Shown here piece after piece: positions 8,019-18,653 of a stretch of DNA of 64,000 nt. The stretch is taken from positions 117,971 through 181,970 of the forward strand of contig JBAZQN010000001.1 of the NCBI GenBank assembly GCA_041645165.1, in the 5' to 3' direction. Source of the DNA: Patescibacteria group bacterium (lineage in GTDB: Bacteria > Patescibacteriota > Patescibacteriia > 2-02-FULL-49-11). The notes beneath the pieces are model-generated. The model had not been told where the DNA came from. It did not search any database and saw nothing but the letters and a program-made list of their open reading frames with translations. A program made the position numbers and the translations under genes. Every line of letters starts with the position of its first letter. Within the stretch, counting starts at the first letter, position 1.

Positions 8019-9191
8019 ATGCCCCGTCTCCACATCCTCGTCTTTAGCCTTGCGTACCGCCCTTATGTGGGAGGCGCGGAGATTGCGCTTGAGGAGATTA
8101 TGCGGCGGTTGCCGCAATATTTTTTTACCGTTGTAACGGCGCGTGCTATGAAGAATTTTGATTATGTAAAATTACCGGATATCGAGGAGAAGGACAATGT
8201 GCGCGTGGTGAGAGTGGGCTCCCGCAACCGTTACCTGGGCCAATACGCATACCCGTTGGCGGCCCTGAAGCACGCTTACAGAGAAGCGCGGTTTTCCAAG
8301 CCTGCCTGCGTGTGGGGCATGCTGGAATCGTATGGCGGCATAGCCGCGGCTCTTTATCATCAGCGATTCCCTAATATGCCATATATCCTCACTATGCAAA
8401 GCGGGGATTCAGAATCATTTTGGGGCTGGCGCACCTGGTTTTGGCAGCCGTTGTATAAGAAAGTGTTCTCACAGGCAAACGCGATTCAGGCGATATCAAA
8501 ATACTTGGCAGAGCGCGCGAAGAAATATGGCGCGCGCGGAGAGATCAGAATTATCCCCAATGGAGTCGATAGTGTTTTTTTTGAACGAATCAGTGATGAG
8601 GAACGAAGGAGGCTGCGGCAGGAATTAGGATTAAGTGATGATGAGACAGTCGTCATCACCGCATCGCGTTTAGTGAGTAAAAACGGCATTGATACATTGA
8701 TAAAAGGCTTTTCGGTATGGCGGCAACGAGGAGGAAACGGCGTATTGCTTATTTTAGGTAAAGGGCCTCAGGAAACGGAATTGAGAAAGTTATCGTATAA
8801 ACTTGGCATAAATACTCAAGTGAAATTTTTAGGTGAAATTCCGTATCAAGAATTGCCAAAATATTACGGCGCCGCTGATATTTTTATCCGCCCGTCACGG
8901 TCTGAAGGTTTGGGAAATGCGTTTCTTGAGGCAATGGCATCAGGCATCCCGGTGATCGGCACGCCGGTAGGTGGCATCCCCGATTTTTTGACGCATGAAC
9001 GCACAGGCTTAATGGTGCCGCCTGACGATCCAGAAGCACTAAAAGATTCTATTGCACGATTATGCAGCAATCCTGAATTGAAACAGAAATTAATTCAGGA
9101 AGCCCGGAAGCTCGCACTAGAAAAATATTCATGGGATGTCGTGGCTCATGCGATGAATAATTTATTCCAAAATTATGTTAAAATTTCTTGA
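8019..9191 (+). CDS. Glycosyltransferase family 4 (GT4)
   Basis: Core GT4 C-terminal domain (EGLGNAFLEAMASGIPVIGT, E-x7-E region). Confidence 0.75.
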   Translation: MPRLHILVFSLAYRPYVGGAEIALEEIMRRLPQYFFTVVTARAMKNFDYVKLPDIEEKDNVRVVRVGSRNRYLGQYAYPLAALKHAYREARFSKPACVWGMLESYGGIAAALYHQRFPNMPYILTMQSGDSESFWGWRTWFWQPLYKKVFSQANAIQAISKYLAERAKKYGARGEIRIIPNGVDSVFFERISDEERRRLRQELGLSDDETVVITASRLVSKNGIDTLIKGFSVWRQRGGNGVLLILGKGPQETELRKLSYKLGINTQVKFLGEIPYQELPKYYGAADIFIRPSRSEGLGNAFLEAMASGIPVIGTPVGGIPDFLTHERTGLMVPPDDPEALKDSIARLCSNPELKQKLIQEARKLALEKYSWDVVAHAMNNLFQNYVKIS

Positions 9192-9642
9192 TAAAATGCT
9201 CACCTACGCGGCGTCGCTGGGCGGCCGTGCGCACCTGGAATTGGAACTTTTTTTGCGTTATGCAATCGCAGGAGGGATGGCGGCAGTGGCAGACCTTATA
9301 ATTGTGTGGTCTTTAGTGGAATATGCTCATCTCCATCCATTTCTCGCGGGCGCGGTTTCGATTTTTTTTGGCATATCTATTAATTTCTCTATAAGCCGTT
9401 ATTGGTCTTTCAAAAGCAAAGGCCCATTGGTAAAAGAATTTTTAACTTTCTTGACCGTAGCAGCCATCGGCACTGCCATCAACTATGGAACGTTCGTGGC
9501 ATGCATTGGTTTGATTCATCTTTGGTATATGGCAGCAAAGGTTATTGCTATTGTCATCGCGTGGGCATGGAATTATACTTTAAACCGCCGCGTCACCTTT
9601 AAGCATTTTACCTTTACGACGCACCGGACTCTGGAGAGATGA
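9175..9642 (+). CDS. GtrA-family membrane protein (polyprenyl-phosphate-sugar translocation/flippase-associated)
   Basis: 155 aa, 4 TM; GtrA-like hydrophobic profile with the conserved W/Y-rich C-terminus (WAWNYTLNRRVTF). Confidence 0.6.
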   Translation: MLKFLDKMLTYAASLGGRAHLELELFLRYAIAGGMAAVADLIIVWSLVEYAHLHPFLAGAVSIFFGISINFSISRYWSFKSKGPLVKEFLTFLTVAAIGTAINYGTFVACIGLIHLWYMAAKVIAIVIAWAWNYTLNRRVTFKHFTFTTHRTLER

Positions 9643-9807
9643 TTGGAAACATTACTTACGTATTATGGTGGCCATGGCTAGAAAATTAAGTATGGTGGCA
9701 TTATGCCCGCCCAAATTTTGCCAGCAATAATGAGTTTGTTGTATCTTAAGACTCAAGGTTATTATCCCAGTGTAACGCACATGAAAGGATGCAAAATTTA
9801 GGCGGGT

Positions 9808-10944
9808 ATGAATGAAAGAAAAAAAATAATTTTCGCATGTGAAATATACCCGCCAGATATCGGCGGGCCGGCGACGTATGCGCGTGAATTGCGGGAGCAG
9901 TTATTGTTGCATGGTTATACTGTTACATTGCTCACGTTTGGTGATAAGGAAGAAATTAAAAATGAAGAAACAATCGTGATTGATCGGAAGAAAAATGTCT
10001 TTGGCCGTTCTCTTAACTATTTTTATACTCTTTTGCGGTTATCAAAAACAGGTGGTGTGATATATGCGATGGGACCGGTCGCAAGCGGCCTTCCGGCGGT
10101 GGCTGTCGGTTGGTTGAGAAAATGTCGGGTCATTATACGCGTTCCCGGCGACAGGGCATGGGAAACACATTGTCAGCGTGTGCAGCAACCGGAATCATTT
10201 GAAGAATTCCAGCACAAGACCCACAAAGGTTGGGTGGGTATTTTAACGCGTATAGAACGGTTGGTGGTGAAAAGAGCCGATCATATCGTTGTCCCAAGCA
10301 ATTTCTTAAAAAATGTGGTGATAGGTTGGGGTGCAAACGAAAACCATGTAACAGTGATATCCAATGCGATCAAGGCTCCCATTTCAGAATTGCCGCACCA
10401 GGAGAATTTATTGTCCATCCTCGCCATCGGGCGCCTTGTGCCATGGAAAGGGTTTTCTGATCTTATACATGCGTTTCAGACTGTGTTGAAATCGTATCCT
10501 CATGCCACGCTTACCATCGTTGGAGACGGCCCTGAGCGAAGATATTTAGAAAATCTAGCGCGACAATCAAACGTGGCCGTACAGACGCATTTTACGGGAT
10601 CAGTGCCGCGTGAGAACCTCGCGCGTTATTGGCAACAAGCGTCTGTGTTCGCGCTTCCCTCGGGGTATGAAGGATTCCCCCATTTAGTGCTGGAAGCGTG
10701 GGCAGCGGGCATTCCTGTGCTCGTAAGCGATATACCTGGAAATACCGGCATTGTGCGAAACGGTGAAAACGGCCTTGTCGTGCCCTATAAGGATAACGCC
10801 GCGTTATCAAACGGCATACTTGCGCTTGCGCTTGATGCCGACTTGAGGCAGCGCATGCGCGCAAATGGCGCGCAGTCTCTTGCCCAGTATCGCTGGGAAT
10901 GCATAATTGGTAAAACAATTGCGCTCCTCAAAATTTCATGGTAA
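9808..10944 (+). CDS. Glycosyltransferase GT4
   Basis: EGFPHLVLEAWAAGIPVLVSD GT4 motif. Confidence 0.75.
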   Translation: MNERKKIIFACEIYPPDIGGPATYARELREQLLLHGYTVTLLTFGDKEEIKNEETIVIDRKKNVFGRSLNYFYTLLRLSKTGGVIYAMGPVASGLPAVAVGWLRKCRVIIRVPGDRAWETHCQRVQQPESFEEFQHKTHKGWVGILTRIERLVVKRADHIVVPSNFLKNVVIGWGANENHVTVISNAIKAPISELPHQENLLSILAIGRLVPWKGFSDLIHAFQTVLKSYPHATLTIVGDGPERRYLENLARQSNVAVQTHFTGSVPRENLARYWQQASVFALPSGYEGFPHLVLEAWAAGIPVLVSDIPGNTGIVRNGENGLVVPYKDNAALSNGILALALDADLRQRMRANGAQSLAQYRWECIIGKTIALLKISW

Positions 10945-11093
10945 TGCTATACTGAATTAAAGAATAATTTATCGTATCGGAATTTCAATCCTCCGTCCAA
11001 GGTAAAGCATAGAGTAGCGTGGCAGTTTATCTGCCATCCACCATGTCGCAGACAAGCTGCGACGCTACAGAGAACTAATTAGTAGCAATATAC

Positions 11094-11876
11094 TTGACTG
11101 CTATGCACACAAGGACAAAGCGTCCATCCATGAAATTTGATTTCGTGACCATTGCTTCCCACCAATTGAGGACGCCGCTTTCTGCCATGAAGTGGTTTCT
11201 CGAGATGCTTATCGCGGGCAACGCAGGGAAACTCACCAGTCGGCAGCGAGAATTTTTAAGCGAAATTTACAAGTCAAATGAAAGGATGATCCGCCTTGTG
11301 AACGACCTGCTCATTGTTTCCAAAATTACCCAAAAAACTTTTCGTCTGTCATCGCATCCTTTTATCTTTGAACAGATGGTGGCATCGGTGATAAAAGAGG
11401 TGAAGCCAATTATCCAGTCGGCGCAAATTACCGTAGTTTCAAAATTTGACACGTCGCAGCGCACGTGTGTGAATGCGGATGAGGACAAGATTCGCCAGGT
11501 GATACGGACCCTCTTCGATAATGCAGTGCGCTACATGGTAGACGGGGGATTGATCATTGTTCGGGTAGACTACAAGAATCACCACATCGCATTCGAAATC
11601 CAGGATACTGGCGTAGGCATCCCGAGCGATGAGCGCACAAAAATATTCCAGCAATTTTTCAGGGGGAGCAACATCGTACGCATGCGCACAGAAGGCACGG
11701 GCTTAGGGCTTTTTATTGCTCACGCGATTGTGGCCGCATCCGGCGGATCGATCAGCTTCACTTCGCAGGAAGGCAAAGGTTCTACGTTCCGCGTGGCCTT
11801 GCCAATATCTAAAAAAAATCAACCCGCATTATGTGAGCCGCATCTTAAGAAGAAGCGAAGACGCGCTCATAATTAA
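11094..11876 (+). CDS. Cytoplasmic sensor histidine kinase (HisKA + HATPase_c; no TM sensor)
   Basis: H-box IASHQLRTPLSAM; N/G1/G2 boxes (DNAVRY, QDTGVGIP, GTGLGL). Confidence 0.75.
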   Translation: MTAMHTRTKRPSMKFDFVTIASHQLRTPLSAMKWFLEMLIAGNAGKLTSRQREFLSEIYKSNERMIRLVNDLLIVSKITQKTFRLSSHPFIFEQMVASVIKEVKPIIQSAQITVVSKFDTSQRTCVNADEDKIRQVIRTLFDNAVRYMVDGGLIIVRVDYKNHHIAFEIQDTGVGIPSDERTKIFQQFFRGSNIVRMRTEGTGLGLFIAHAIVAASGGSISFTSQEGKGSTFRVALPISKKNQPALCEPHLKKKRRRAHN

Positions 11877-11887
11877 ACCTATCACAT

Positions 11888-12298
11888 ATGAATGTCCTAA
11901 TTATCGAAGACGAAAAGATGTTATTAATGGCATTGGAAGAAGAGTTTAAAAGGAAAAAATGTTCAGTGTTCACGGCAGAGGACGGTGATCAAGGATGGCA
12001 GATTCTCTCAAAACACCCGGCTCTTGATATGATTGTATTGGATCTTGTGCTTCCAAAAATAGACGGATTTGAACTGTTAAAAAATATCAAGGCGGATGAT
12101 AAGCTGAAAACGACACCCTTGGTCGTCCTTACAAATCTTTCCGATGAAAATACTATAGCCGCTATTGTAGCATCAGGGGGGACCGATTATCTTGTGAAAG
12201 CGGATTACACGCTTCAGGAAGTCGTGGGAAAAATAATCGAGATAGCAAAGAGGCCTGCATTTGAAAAATATAGAAAACTACAAAGTCCAATTACGTGA
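11888..12298 (+). CDS. Response regulator, receiver domain only (CheY-like)
   Basis: VLIIEDE ... DMIVLDLVLPKIDGFELL ... K; no output domain. Confidence 0.75.
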   Translation: MNVLIIEDEKMLLMALEEEFKRKKCSVFTAEDGDQGWQILSKHPALDMIVLDLVLPKIDGFELLKNIKADDKLKTTPLVVLTNLSDENTIAAIVASGGTDYLVKADYTLQEVVGKIIEIAKRPAFEKYRKLQSPIT

Positions 12299-13446
12299 AA
12301 ACAGATATGGCTACTCAACAGAATGTGTTCATGGTCTCGTTTGACCGGAGTTTGGTGGGCGAGGGGGGGACAGACGCGGTTGAGCGGCATAAAAAATATG
12401 CGGCGCTGCTGCAGGGGTCGCTCTCGGTGGTAGTGGTAACGCCGTCCGGGTACCAGCATTTAAAAGTAGATGAGAGGCTTGAGACATATCCGACCAATGC
12501 GAAGGGGCTCGCAGGACATGCGCGTTCTATTTTTTATTATTATCGAATAATCCGGCGCGCCCAACGCATCAATTTGATTATTGCGCAGGACCTCGCCGCA
12601 CCAGTCCTTCTTCTATTGAAATGGTATTCGCGGTTGCCGCTACTCGTCACCGTGCATGGTATTTGGTGGGATGATTGGTTTTCTGAGAAGAAGTGGTGGT
12701 ATCGGTGGTATCTTCCGCTCATTACCTACTCATTTAAAAAAGCAGATGCAGTCAGGGTTGTTTCGCATTATTTACGAAATGAGCTCATCGCGCGAGGGGT
12801 TCGCGCGAATCGGATACATGTGATACCTGTTCCTGTGAATCTTGAATTATTTTCACAATGCGATCCTAAAGCCTTAGAAGACGTACAGCGGAAAATACCA
12901 TCTCCGTTTGTGCTGTCCGTCGGAAGGCTTGAGCGAGAGAAGGGATTTGACCAACTGCTTCTCGCGTGGGAACTTCTGCAGAAAGAGCAAATAACTGCTC
13001 ATCTGGCAATTATCGGTGAGGGGAGCGAGAGAGCAGGATTAGAAGCATGGGTGAGGGAGCATAAACTCGAATCATCAGTAACCTTTGTAGGGCGCGTTGC
13101 CACAGAGCAACTTCCCCCGTATTATCATGCAGCGCGGTGCGTGGCGCTGGCGTCCCGCAGCGAAAGCTTTGGAAAAGTCCTTGTGGAAGCAGGTGTCGCA
13201 GGGAAGGCGGCAGTCGCGACAGACACCCACGGGGCATCAGAGATTATAAAGACTGGTATCACAGGATATCTCGTACCCCAAGGTGATATGCACGCATTTG
13301 CGCAAAAAATGGCAGATTTGCTCCAGAATCCTGTGCTTGCCGAGGAATTGGGAAAAGAGGCGTTTGCACATGTAATGAATGCATTTGACGGTGAGAAAAA
13401 TACTGAAAAGATCGTGCGGTTATGGAAGCATATCGCGATACATTAG
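12295..13446 (+). CDS. Glycosyltransferase GT4
   Basis: GT4 C-terminal domain (ESFGKVLVEAGVAGKAAVATD). Confidence 0.7.
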   Translation: MKTDMATQQNVFMVSFDRSLVGEGGTDAVERHKKYAALLQGSLSVVVVTPSGYQHLKVDERLETYPTNAKGLAGHARSIFYYYRIIRRAQRINLIIAQDLAAPVLLLLKWYSRLPLLVTVHGIWWDDWFSEKKWWYRWYLPLITYSFKKADAVRVVSHYLRNELIARGVRANRIHVIPVPVNLELFSQCDPKALEDVQRKIPSPFVLSVGRLEREKGFDQLLLAWELLQKEQITAHLAIIGEGSERAGLEAWVREHKLESSVTFVGRVATEQLPPYYHAARCVALASRSESFGKVLVEAGVAGKAAVATDTHGASEIIKTGITGYLVPQGDMHAFAQKMADLLQNPVLAEELGKEAFAHVMNAFDGEKNTEKIVRLWKHIAIH

Positions 13447-13455
13447 TTTTGAGTT

Positions 13456-14583
13456 TTGAGATACCATCGTATGAACCTCTTATTTATCACGCGGCGCGTG
13501 GACCGCAATCATCCGCTTGCGGGTTTTACCTGGAAATGGATAAAGGAATTCAGTGTTCAGTTGTCAGTTGTCAGTGGTCAGTTGGCGGTGATTACCTTAG
13601 AGCCGAGTGCCGATGAGGGCTTGGCGGATAACGTGATGATACGATCAGTGCGCAAGGCGGAGAAGAACCGCGTACAAGATTTTTTTGTATTTTGTAAATT
13701 ACTTTTATCACTTATTCCCAAGTGCGATGCGATTTTTATTCACCAGCACCCCGTATATGCCATCATCGCAGCGCCTTTCGCAAAGCTATTTAATAAAAAA
13801 ATCTATCTTTGGTACATGCATAAGCATGTAGATATTAAATTAAGGCTCGCGACTGCGCTGTGCAACGGCATTTTTACTGCGTCAAAGGAAAGTTTTAGAT
13901 TAAAAACCAAGAGGCCCATTTCTATTGTTGGCCACGGCATTGACACGAACATTTTCAAGCCTTCAGATACCCATACTTCAAGCAATGTATTCACCATCCT
14001 CAGTGCGGGCAGGCTTTCCCCCGTGAAAGGATATGCGGTGCTTATAGATGCGGCTCTATTAGCACTACCACGATTTAACAATTTAAAAATGCGTATCGTA
14101 GGCGGGCCGGGTTTGAAAGAACATGCGTGGTATGAGAATGAATTGAAAACATTAGTTCATGAAAAAGGATTGGATCAAGTGATACAATTTACCGGCCCTG
14201 TGCCTCATAATGACATTGTGGCCGAGTACAGGAATGCACATGTGTTTATAAATTTGTCAGGCACTGGCTCGCTCGATAAAGCCGTGCTGGAAGCAATGGC
14301 GTGCGGTGTGCCGGTTATTACTTCCAATGAAGCGTTTCAGGGGATATTAGCGCAGATTGACCCTCATTTATATGTATCTTGTAATCCGCGCGCGGTAGCA
14401 GAGGCGATTGAAAGATTAATCACAATGCCACTGGAGGCGCGCAGGCAATTAGGGGGAGCATTGCGCGCCGTGGTTGTGCGCGATCATGATTTGAAGCAGC
14501 TTGTCGCAAGGATCTTATCAAAAATATGCCCAGTCATACAACATCCAAGAGGGAGGCAGATACTTTATACAGAGAATGGATAA
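13456..14583 (+). CDS. Glycosyltransferase GT4
   Basis: GT4 C-terminal domain (LDKAVLEAMACGVPVITS). Confidence 0.7.
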   Translation: MRYHRMNLLFITRRVDRNHPLAGFTWKWIKEFSVQLSVVSGQLAVITLEPSADEGLADNVMIRSVRKAEKNRVQDFFVFCKLLLSLIPKCDAIFIHQHPVYAIIAAPFAKLFNKKIYLWYMHKHVDIKLRLATALCNGIFTASKESFRLKTKRPISIVGHGIDTNIFKPSDTHTSSNVFTILSAGRLSPVKGYAVLIDAALLALPRFNNLKMRIVGGPGLKEHAWYENELKTLVHEKGLDQVIQFTGPVPHNDIVAEYRNAHVFINLSGTGSLDKAVLEAMACGVPVITSNEAFQGILAQIDPHLYVSCNPRAVAEAIERLITMPLEARRQLGGALRAVVVRDHDLKQLVARILSKICPVIQHPRGRQILYTENG

Positions 14584-14706
14584 GATATGAGGGGATCTAC
14601 CTGAGTGTAGTAAAGGCGTATTCAGAGCCTCCCTCATCAATCGCCAAACGTTTTTTAAACATTAATATGTATCACAGCACCAAGGTCGTATCTATTCTAG
14701 GATTTA

Positions 14707-14743
14707 TCTAATACCAGCCACGTTTGGCGTTGGATGTTGATAT
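14707..14743 (+). repeat. 37-bp perfect inverted repeat, left copy (gccacgtttggcgttggatgttgatatactgggtatg), ending on the rmlD-like start codon
   Basis: Exact reverse-complement of 46420-46456. An additional imperfect homology 14624-14650 matches 46526-46550 (23/25), and a degenerate direct copy lies at 46619-46651. Confidence 0.9.
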
Positions 14744-15602
14744 ACTGGGTATGAGTATATTATTGCTGGGCGCACAAGGGCAATTAGGCGAAGCCTTGGG
14801 AGACGTGTTGCCAAAAGAAACATTGAAATGGGGAAGGGGCGAATTGGATCTTACACAAATTGATTCGATTGCCCCAAAGATATCTGAAGCACATCCTAAT
14901 GTAGTAATTAATGCGGCAGCAATGACTGATGTGGATGGATGTGAAATAAATAGAGCATTAGCCGTAAAAATAAATGAAGATGCGCCTTGCCTGCTCGCAA
15001 AAGTTTGTAAGAGTTTAAACAGTCTCTTAGTACAGGTGAGCACTGATTATGTCTTTGGATATGATGAAACAAGGAAAAAACCCTACAATGAATCAGATAC
15101 GCCGCATGCAATAAATTATTATGGCATTACTAAGCTTGAAGGAGAGCGAAAGATTATAGAGAGCGGCTGCGAATATTTAATCTTACGAACCTCAGGATTA
15201 TACGGCAAGAAGAGTATGGGCTCGAATTACTCGAATTACGTTGAAAAAGTGCTCACGCGCGCGAGATCACAGGAAGAGATACGCGCAACCACAGATCAAA
15301 TTTATTCCCCTACCTATGCCCAAGAGTTTACACAGGCACTTATATCTCTTATTGAACAGAATCAGCGCGGACTTCTGCATTTGGTAAATGTGGGCGAGGT
15401 CAGTCGTTATGAGTTTACTCAAGCAATTATTGAGCTTGCGGGATTGCCGGTACGGGTGGTGCCAGCTTTGAGGAAAGATTTTTCTCTACTTGCGCAGCGA
15501 CCTTCATATTCAGCGCTTACCAGCGAACGCATTGAACTTTTTTCATTGATGAGCGATTGGAAAACTGCGCTTCAGAATTATATTAAAGAACGCGTCTTAT
15601 GA
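14741..15602 (+). CDS. rmlD: dTDP-4-dehydrorhamnose reductase (RmlD family)
   Basis: MSILLLGAQGQLG Rossmann motif, NAAAMTDVD, STDYVFG, YGITK catalytic YxxxK; the track N-terminus MALDVDILGM (14724) is a translation of the inverted repeat, so the start at 14741 is preferred. Confidence 0.75.
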
Positions 15603-16885
15603 AACTTTTAATTGTCGCATATAAATTTGGCACAGAACAGGAGATAGGCGAGCATCTTGGCACGTATCATTATTTTATCGAAAAAATGCGTCGTGTGGCG
15701 CTGAAAGGCCATGAGGTGCATGTCGTATGCCCGTGGCTCACCATGACACGAAGGGGAAGCGTGAAAGTTGATGGCATTATACTACATCGCACTTGGCCTC
15801 CGATGCTCAATAAAGCGTGGGCGTGGCCGTTGAATCGTCTCATGCGGCGATGGTATATGCACCGAACGCAGCGTAAGGTACTGCATCTTGTGAAGAAATT
15901 GAAGTGCGATCTCGTCTATGTTTGGCAGGCGCGCGAAACTGGCTACGCGCTTTGCCAAATAAAGGAACAATTGGGTATTCCCCTCATATTCCGCCAGATC
16001 ACCGCGTGGCGGTGGCATTTTGAACGCACGATTGCGGATATTTTTAAATCTCATCGGTGGTATAAGGTTTTACAAAAGGCCAAGCTCCAACATTTGATTG
16101 ATCCAGTTATACGTTATCTCCTTGACCTTGGAATTCAGGTCCATTACGCGCGCACGATATATCAGAAGGCTGATAAGATTGTATTTTTAAGCAATGCCGC
16201 AGTGGATGAAGCGGTGTCATTGGGATTAGACCGCGCGAAAGCGGATACCATTGGCGTGGCAATAGAAGAGGAGGCCTTCAAGCCGTTAGGGATTGAGAAA
16301 AAGGCATTGCGTGAAAAATTAGGATTGAACGGTCATAATATTATTAGTTTCATCGGTCGGTTGAATTTTGCGGAAAAAGGGATTGGGTGGCTGCTCTCTG
16401 CCCTTCCTGCGGTAGTGCAGTCAGTGCCTGGCGCTACACTTGTTATTATTGGTGGAGGAGGGGAGATGGAACGCATCAAGCGTGTGTGCAGAGAACTTCA
16501 CATCGAACCATATGTCCAATTGGTAGGCAAAAAGCCATTGAATGAACTTGTTGCCTATTTAAACGCGTCTGATGTATTTGTGGTACCATCCCTTTGGATG
16601 GAAGCGTTTGGTCAAGTGACGATAGAGGCCATGTCCTGTGGCGTGCCCGTGGTGACGAGCGATGCAGGAGCAAGCCCGGAAATAAACAAGGATAACGTGA
16701 GCGGTATGGTGGTGCCCGTAAATGATGCGAATGCGCTTTCCAATGCCATCATCACAATACTGAAAGATGAAACCTTAAAGCAGCGTATGGGCCAAGCGGC
16801 TCGCGCGCGCGTCATTGAACTCTATACGTATGAGGTAATGGTGAATAGATTTCTAAATATCATGCAATCTTTATTACCGCGTTAA
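15599..16885 (+). CDS. Glycosyltransferase GT4 with extended N-terminal domain
   Basis: EAFGQVTIEAMSCGVPVVTSD. Confidence 0.7.
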   Translation: MKLLIVAYKFGTEQEIGEHLGTYHYFIEKMRRVALKGHEVHVVCPWLTMTRRGSVKVDGIILHRTWPPMLNKAWAWPLNRLMRRWYMHRTQRKVLHLVKKLKCDLVYVWQARETGYALCQIKEQLGIPLIFRQITAWRWHFERTIADIFKSHRWYKVLQKAKLQHLIDPVIRYLLDLGIQVHYARTIYQKADKIVFLSNAAVDEAVSLGLDRAKADTIGVAIEEEAFKPLGIEKKALREKLGLNGHNIISFIGRLNFAEKGIGWLLSALPAVVQSVPGATLVIIGGGGEMERIKRVCRELHIEPYVQLVGKKPLNELVAYLNASDVFVVPSLWMEAFGQVTIEAMSCGVPVVTSDAGASPEINKDNVSGMVVPVNDANALSNAIITILKDETLKQRMGQAARARVIELYTYEVMVNRFLNIMQSLLPR

Positions 16886-16895
16886 TAGCATCAAA

Positions 16896-17948
16896 ATGAA
16901 AATCCTTGTTACTGGCATCACAGGTTTTGTAGGCGGACATTTCACGGAATATATCGCTTCTGCTCATCCTGACGTCGAACTCCACGGAACTTCGCTTACT
17001 CCCGCATTGCCGCAGTATTTGGAGCCTATTAAAGGGCACTTAACACTTCATGAGTGCAATATAGACAATAAAGGACGCATACAAGAGCTTATAGATCACA
17101 TCCGGCCTGATGCTCTTATACATCTCGCTGCGCAAAGCTATGTAAGCACCTCGTGGGAAAATCCGGAAACGACCCTGCATACCAACATCATTGGCCAGAG
17201 CAATCTGCTGGAAGCGGTAAGAGCCGTACAGGGTGGTTCCTACAACCCCATTATTCTCATCGCGTGTTCCTCTGAAGAATATGGGCAGCAAGGCCCGCAA
17301 GAAGGCTTTACCCCGTTACCAATAACGGTACAGCATAAAGTAACGGGAACAGAACGCTATGACGGAAATAAGTACCTGGTAACGGGGTTTACTGAAGAGA
17401 GCTCCCTGCAGCCGCTCTCGCCCTATGCGCTTTCAAAAATCGCGCAGGATTACATGGGCTATCAGTATTGGAGGGCGTATGGTATGAAGGTCATCCGCCT
17501 ACGCGCGTTCAACCATACCGGCCCGCGTCGCGATCCCGTATTCGGCGTATCGGGTTTTTGCAAGAAGGTTGCGGAGATTGAAAAAGGATTGCGCCCCCCG
17601 CAGCTGGAAGTGAGGGATTTGACTGCAGTGCGCGATTTTACTGACGTGCGGGATGTGGTGCAGGCTTATTGGTTGGCGGTAGAGAAGTGCAAACCGGGGG
17701 AAGTTTACAATGTATGTTCGGGCAGGGGGTATCGTTTTCAAGATATTATTTCCGCGATCACTAAGCTCTCTCGAGTGCAGCCGATCGCGTTGGTTCCTGA
17801 TCCCAAAGGGTTGAGGCCCACTGATGGAGGCATTATTATAGGCAATAACAGGAAATTCTGCACCACAACCGGCTGGCAGCCGAAATTTAATTTCCTTAAA
17901 CATACGATTCCTGATATATTGGAATACTGGAGAAATAATATTTCTTAG
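16896..17948 (+). CDS. NAD-dependent epimerase/dehydratase (GDP-4-keto-6-deoxymannose reductase / Rmd-like)
   Basis: TGITGFVGGHF Rossmann motif; YALSKIAQDY catalytic YxxxK; RAFNHTGPRR typical of Gmd/Rmd family. Confidence 0.65.
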   Translation: MKILVTGITGFVGGHFTEYIASAHPDVELHGTSLTPALPQYLEPIKGHLTLHECNIDNKGRIQELIDHIRPDALIHLAAQSYVSTSWENPETTLHTNIIGQSNLLEAVRAVQGGSYNPIILIACSSEEYGQQGPQEGFTPLPITVQHKVTGTERYDGNKYLVTGFTEESSLQPLSPYALSKIAQDYMGYQYWRAYGMKVIRLRAFNHTGPRRDPVFGVSGFCKKVAEIEKGLRPPQLEVRDLTAVRDFTDVRDVVQAYWLAVEKCKPGEVYNVCSGRGYRFQDIISAITKLSRVQPIALVPDPKGLRPTDGGIIIGNNRKFCTTTGWQPKFNFLKHTIPDILEYWRNNIS

Positions 17949-17966
17949 ATTTTAATAGCACAAACT

Positions 17967-18548
17967 ATGTCACGAATTGAATTTTTATTTTTGAACCTCA
18001 AGCCCGGCGTCATTCTCGATATAGGAAATTTAGGGAGAGCCAAACTTTTCCACGAGCGGCTGATTGCGGAGTTCCCTCAATCACAAATTCATGGGATTGA
18101 TATTGAAGACCAAGCCATATACGGACTGCATTTCCAGAATCAAATTGTGGGCAACGCAGAGGCAATGCCGTATCAGGATAATTATTTTGATGCCGTCTAC
18201 ATGGGTGAAGTTATAGAGCACAGCTGGGTTCCGAAGCAGATTATTGATGAATGTTACCGGGTGCTTAAAATAGGCGGCGTGCTTATCCTTGATTGTCCGA
18301 ACGTATATGCACTGTCGCGTATTCTGCGTTTTTTAGCAACCGGCCGCGACATCATTCTTGGCAGTCCGAATCATCGCATTTTTTATTCGCGTGCGATGAT
18401 GGAGAATTTGCTAGAGAAGAGCGGTTTTCAGAAAACTGAAGTCACTGCGGACAGCAAGTGCACGATAAAAAGCAGAAGTTTCAAATTGCCGCGTTTCGGC
18501 CCGTTTGCGTATCTAGGCGAACATCTGCTCGCCGCGGCGTGGAAATGA
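17967..18548 (+). CDS. Class I SAM-dependent methyltransferase (small)
   Basis: VILDIGNLG, YFDAVYMGEVIEH (Methyltransf_11-like). Confidence 0.55.
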   Translation: MSRIEFLFLNLKPGVILDIGNLGRAKLFHERLIAEFPQSQIHGIDIEDQAIYGLHFQNQIVGNAEAMPYQDNYFDAVYMGEVIEHSWVPKQIIDECYRVLKIGGVLILDCPNVYALSRILRFLATGRDIILGSPNHRIFYSRAMMENLLEKSGFQKTEVTADSKCTIKSRSFKLPRFGPFAYLGEHLLAAAWK

Positions 18549-18653
18549 ATTTCACTTTTTTAAAGATCGTATACTGTGGAGCGCAGGCGTCGTTGCCTGT
18601 TTTTTTTATTAGAAAAATGATAGAATAAGCGTAAATTTAACTGTCTGATCATT

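Noticed and set aside
14724-14750. ORF-track N-terminus MALDVDILGM shared by the rmlD-like ORF (14724) and the minus-strand ORF (44578..46449)
   Set aside because: The identical peptide is simply the translation of the 37-bp inverted repeat. The real start codons are most likely the ATGs at 14741 and 46420-46422, which sit at the inner edge of each repeat copy.
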